From NCBI RefSeq assembly GCF_003334335.1, contig NZ_QOWQ01000135.1: a stretch of 953 nt of DNA; one strand, given 5' to 3'. Below are positions 1 to 953 of this stretch, piece by piece. The translations under genes were made by a program, and so were the position numbers. How positions within the stretch are numbered: position 1 is the stretch's first letter; every line of letters begins with the position of its first letter. The notes under the pieces were generated by a model, which worked only from the letters and a program-made list of their open reading frames with translations, ran no database searches and was not told where the DNA came from. The stretch is from Escherichia coli. GTDB lineage: Bacteria > Pseudomonadota > Gammaproteobacteria > Enterobacterales > Enterobacteriaceae.

Positions 1-1
1 G

Positions 2-34
2 CGTCGCCGTCGTCCGCTGGGAGTGAGGTTATGA
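2..34 (+). CDS. W: 3' end of upstream gene (5'-partial), probable gpW-like head-tail joining / head completion protein; last 10 codons only
   Basis: Reading from base 2 gives RRRRPLGVRL followed by TGA at 32-34. This arginine-rich tail resembles the C-terminus of lambda gpW as I recall it (...QRRRGPAGFYV), and W-then-B is the lambda gene order. Only 10 codons are visible and the comparison is from memory, so the call rests mostly on synteny. Confidence 0.45.
   Translation, partial: RRRRPLGVRL
19..28 (+). promoter_or_regulatory. Ribosome-binding site (Shine-Dalgarno) for the portal gene
   Basis: Purine-rich GGGAGTGAGG at 19-28; the GGAG core at 20-23 sits 7 nt upstream of the ATG at 31. It lies inside the 3' end of the upstream gene, consistent with coupled translation. 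Confidence 0.5.
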
Positions 35-953
35 AACGAACGCCTGTCCTGATTGATGTGAACGGCGTTCCGCTTCGGGAGAGCCTCAGCTACACCGGTG
101 GCGGTGCAGGATTTGGCGGGCAAATGGCAGAGTGGTTGCCACCCTCGCAGAGTGCCGATGCGGCCCTGCTGCCCGCGTTGCGTCTGGGGAATGCCCGTGC
201 AGATGATCTGGTGCGCAATAACGGAATAGCGGCCAATGCGGTGGCCCTGCATAAGGATCACATTGTCGGGCATATGTTTCTGATTAGCTACCGTCCGAAC
301 TGGCGCTGGCTGGGGATGCGGGAGACCGCGGCAAAAAGTTTTGTCGATGAGGTGGAGGCGGCCTGGTCAGAATACGCAGAAGGGATGTTTGGTGAGATCG
401 ACGTGGAAGGGAAACGCACGTTTACGGAATTTATCCGTGAAGGTGTGGGCGTTCATGCGTTTAACGGCGAAATCTTTGTGCAGCCGGTCTGGGATACGGA
501 GAGCACGCAACTGTTTCGTACGCGTTTTAAAGCCGTGAGTCCGAAACGGGTGGACACGCCAGGACACGGTATGGGGAACCGTTTTCTGCGGGCCGGTGTG
601 GAGGTCGATCGATATGGCCGTGCCGTCGCGTACCATATTTGTGAGGATGATTTTCCGTTCTCTGGTAGTGGACGATGGGAACGGATCCCGCGTGAACTTC
701 CCACCGGACGTCCGGCCATGCTGCATATTTTCGAGCCGGTGGAGGACGGGCAGACCCGTGGGGCTAATCAGTTTTACAGCGTCATGGAACGGCTGAAGAT
801 GCTCGATTCCCTGCAGGCAACACAGCTTCAGTCGGCCATAGTGAAGGCGATGTATGCAGCGACGATTGAAAGTGAACTTGATACCGAAAAGGCCTTTGAA
901 TATATCGCCGGTGCGCCGCAGGGGCAGAAGGATAATCCGCTTATTAATATTCT
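31..953 (+). CDS. B: Portal protein, lambda gpB family (3'-partial; N-terminal ~307 aa, gene continues past the window)
   Basis: ATG at 31 opens a frame with no stop through base 953 (307 full codons). Translation begins MKRTPVLIDVNGVPLRESLSYTGGGAGFGGQMAEWLPPSQSADAALLPALRLGNARADDLVRNNG... and includes ...FEPVEDGQTRGANQFYSVMERLKMLDSLQATQLQSAIVKAMYAATIESELDT.... These match lambda gpB as I remember it (MKTPTIPTLLGPDGMTSLREYAGYHGGGSGFGGQ...; ...FEPVEDGQTRGANVFYSVMEQMKMLDTLQNTQLQSAIVKAMYAATIESELDT...). The upstream gene stops at 32-34 in another frame, and an SD precedes the ATG. The identification is by recall, not a database search. Confidence 0.94.
   Translation, partial: MKRTPVLIDVNGVPLRESLSYTGGGAGFGGQMAEWLPPSQSADAALLPALRLGNARADDLVRNNGIAANAVALHKDHIVGHMFLISYRPNWRWLGMRETAAKSFVDEVEAAWSEYAEGMFGEIDVEGKRTFTEFIREGVGVHAFNGEIFVQPVWDTESTQLFRTRFKAVSPKRVDTPGHGMGNRFLRAGVEVDRYGRAVAYHICEDDFPFSGSGRWERIPRELPTGRPAMLHIFEPVEDGQTRGANQFYSVMERLKMLDSLQATQLQSAIVKAMYAATIESELDTEKAFEYIAGAPQGQKDNPLINI

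Noticed and set aside
1-16. Short CGTCG/CCGTCG reiteration at the 5' edge, considered as a possible repeat or regulatory element
   Set aside because: Too short to count as a meaningful repeat, and it is explained by the run of arginine codons (RRRR) in the upstream gene's C-terminus.
1-30. Possible upstream extension of the portal frame, since frame 1 has no stop in bases 1-30
   Set aside because: Frame 1 upstream of the ATG contains no ATG/GTG/TTG start codon within the window. Homology to the lambda gpB N-terminus (MK.TP...) begins exactly at the ATG at 31, an SD precedes it, and the upstream gene terminates at 32-34 in frame 2. The start at 31 is therefore preferred.
341-538. 65-aa ORF on the plus strand (alternative frame) from the six-frame track
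   Set aside because: Out of frame relative to the portal reading frame, which is continuous and homology-supported across the same bases. No independent evidence of an overlapping gene.
453-719. 88-aa ORF on the minus strand from the six-frame track
   Set aside because: Same situation: it lies antisense inside the portal gene and overlaps the other minus-strand ORF in a different frame, with no recognisable protein features. Judged spurious.
367-726. 119-aa ORF on the minus strand from the six-frame track
   Set aside because: Entirely embedded antisense within the confidently identified portal CDS. The translation is Arg/Thr/Pro-rich and low-complexity, as expected from reading a GC-rich gene in reverse, and I see no RBS or recognisable family. 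Most likely a spurious shadow ORF.
596-796. 66-aa ORF on the plus strand (alternative frame) from the six-frame track
   Set aside because: Out-of-frame overlap with the portal CDS; the translation is Arg/Ser/Val-rich with no recognisable motif. Judged spurious.
1-953. Possibility that the window contains a novel defence or accessory system
   Set aside because: The window is fully occupied by a conserved structural gene and the tail end of its upstream neighbour. There is no spare intergenic space, no atypical-composition insert and no unexplained ORF. Phage accessory cargo, if present, would be expected elsewhere in the prophage rather than within the W-B junction or the portal gene.

Overview
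The whole window is one coding strand (+) from the head-morphogenesis module of a lambdoid (lambda-like) tailed phage or prophage. Bases 31-953 encode the N-terminal ~307 residues of a portal protein that I recognise, from memory, as a close homologue of phage lambda gpB; the gene runs off the 3' edge of the window. Bases 2-34 carry the last 10 codons of an upstream gene whose arginine-rich C-terminus resembles lambda gpW, ending in a TGA that overlaps the portal ATG (ATGA). The four ORFs in the supplied six-frame track all lie in other frames or on the opposite strand inside the portal reading frame, and I judge them spurious. I see no RNA genes, CRISPR repeats, mobile-element ends or terminators. 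I do not see evidence of a novel or undescribed system here: this looks like a well-characterised structural gene, and the observations below concern its organisation and conservation pattern.
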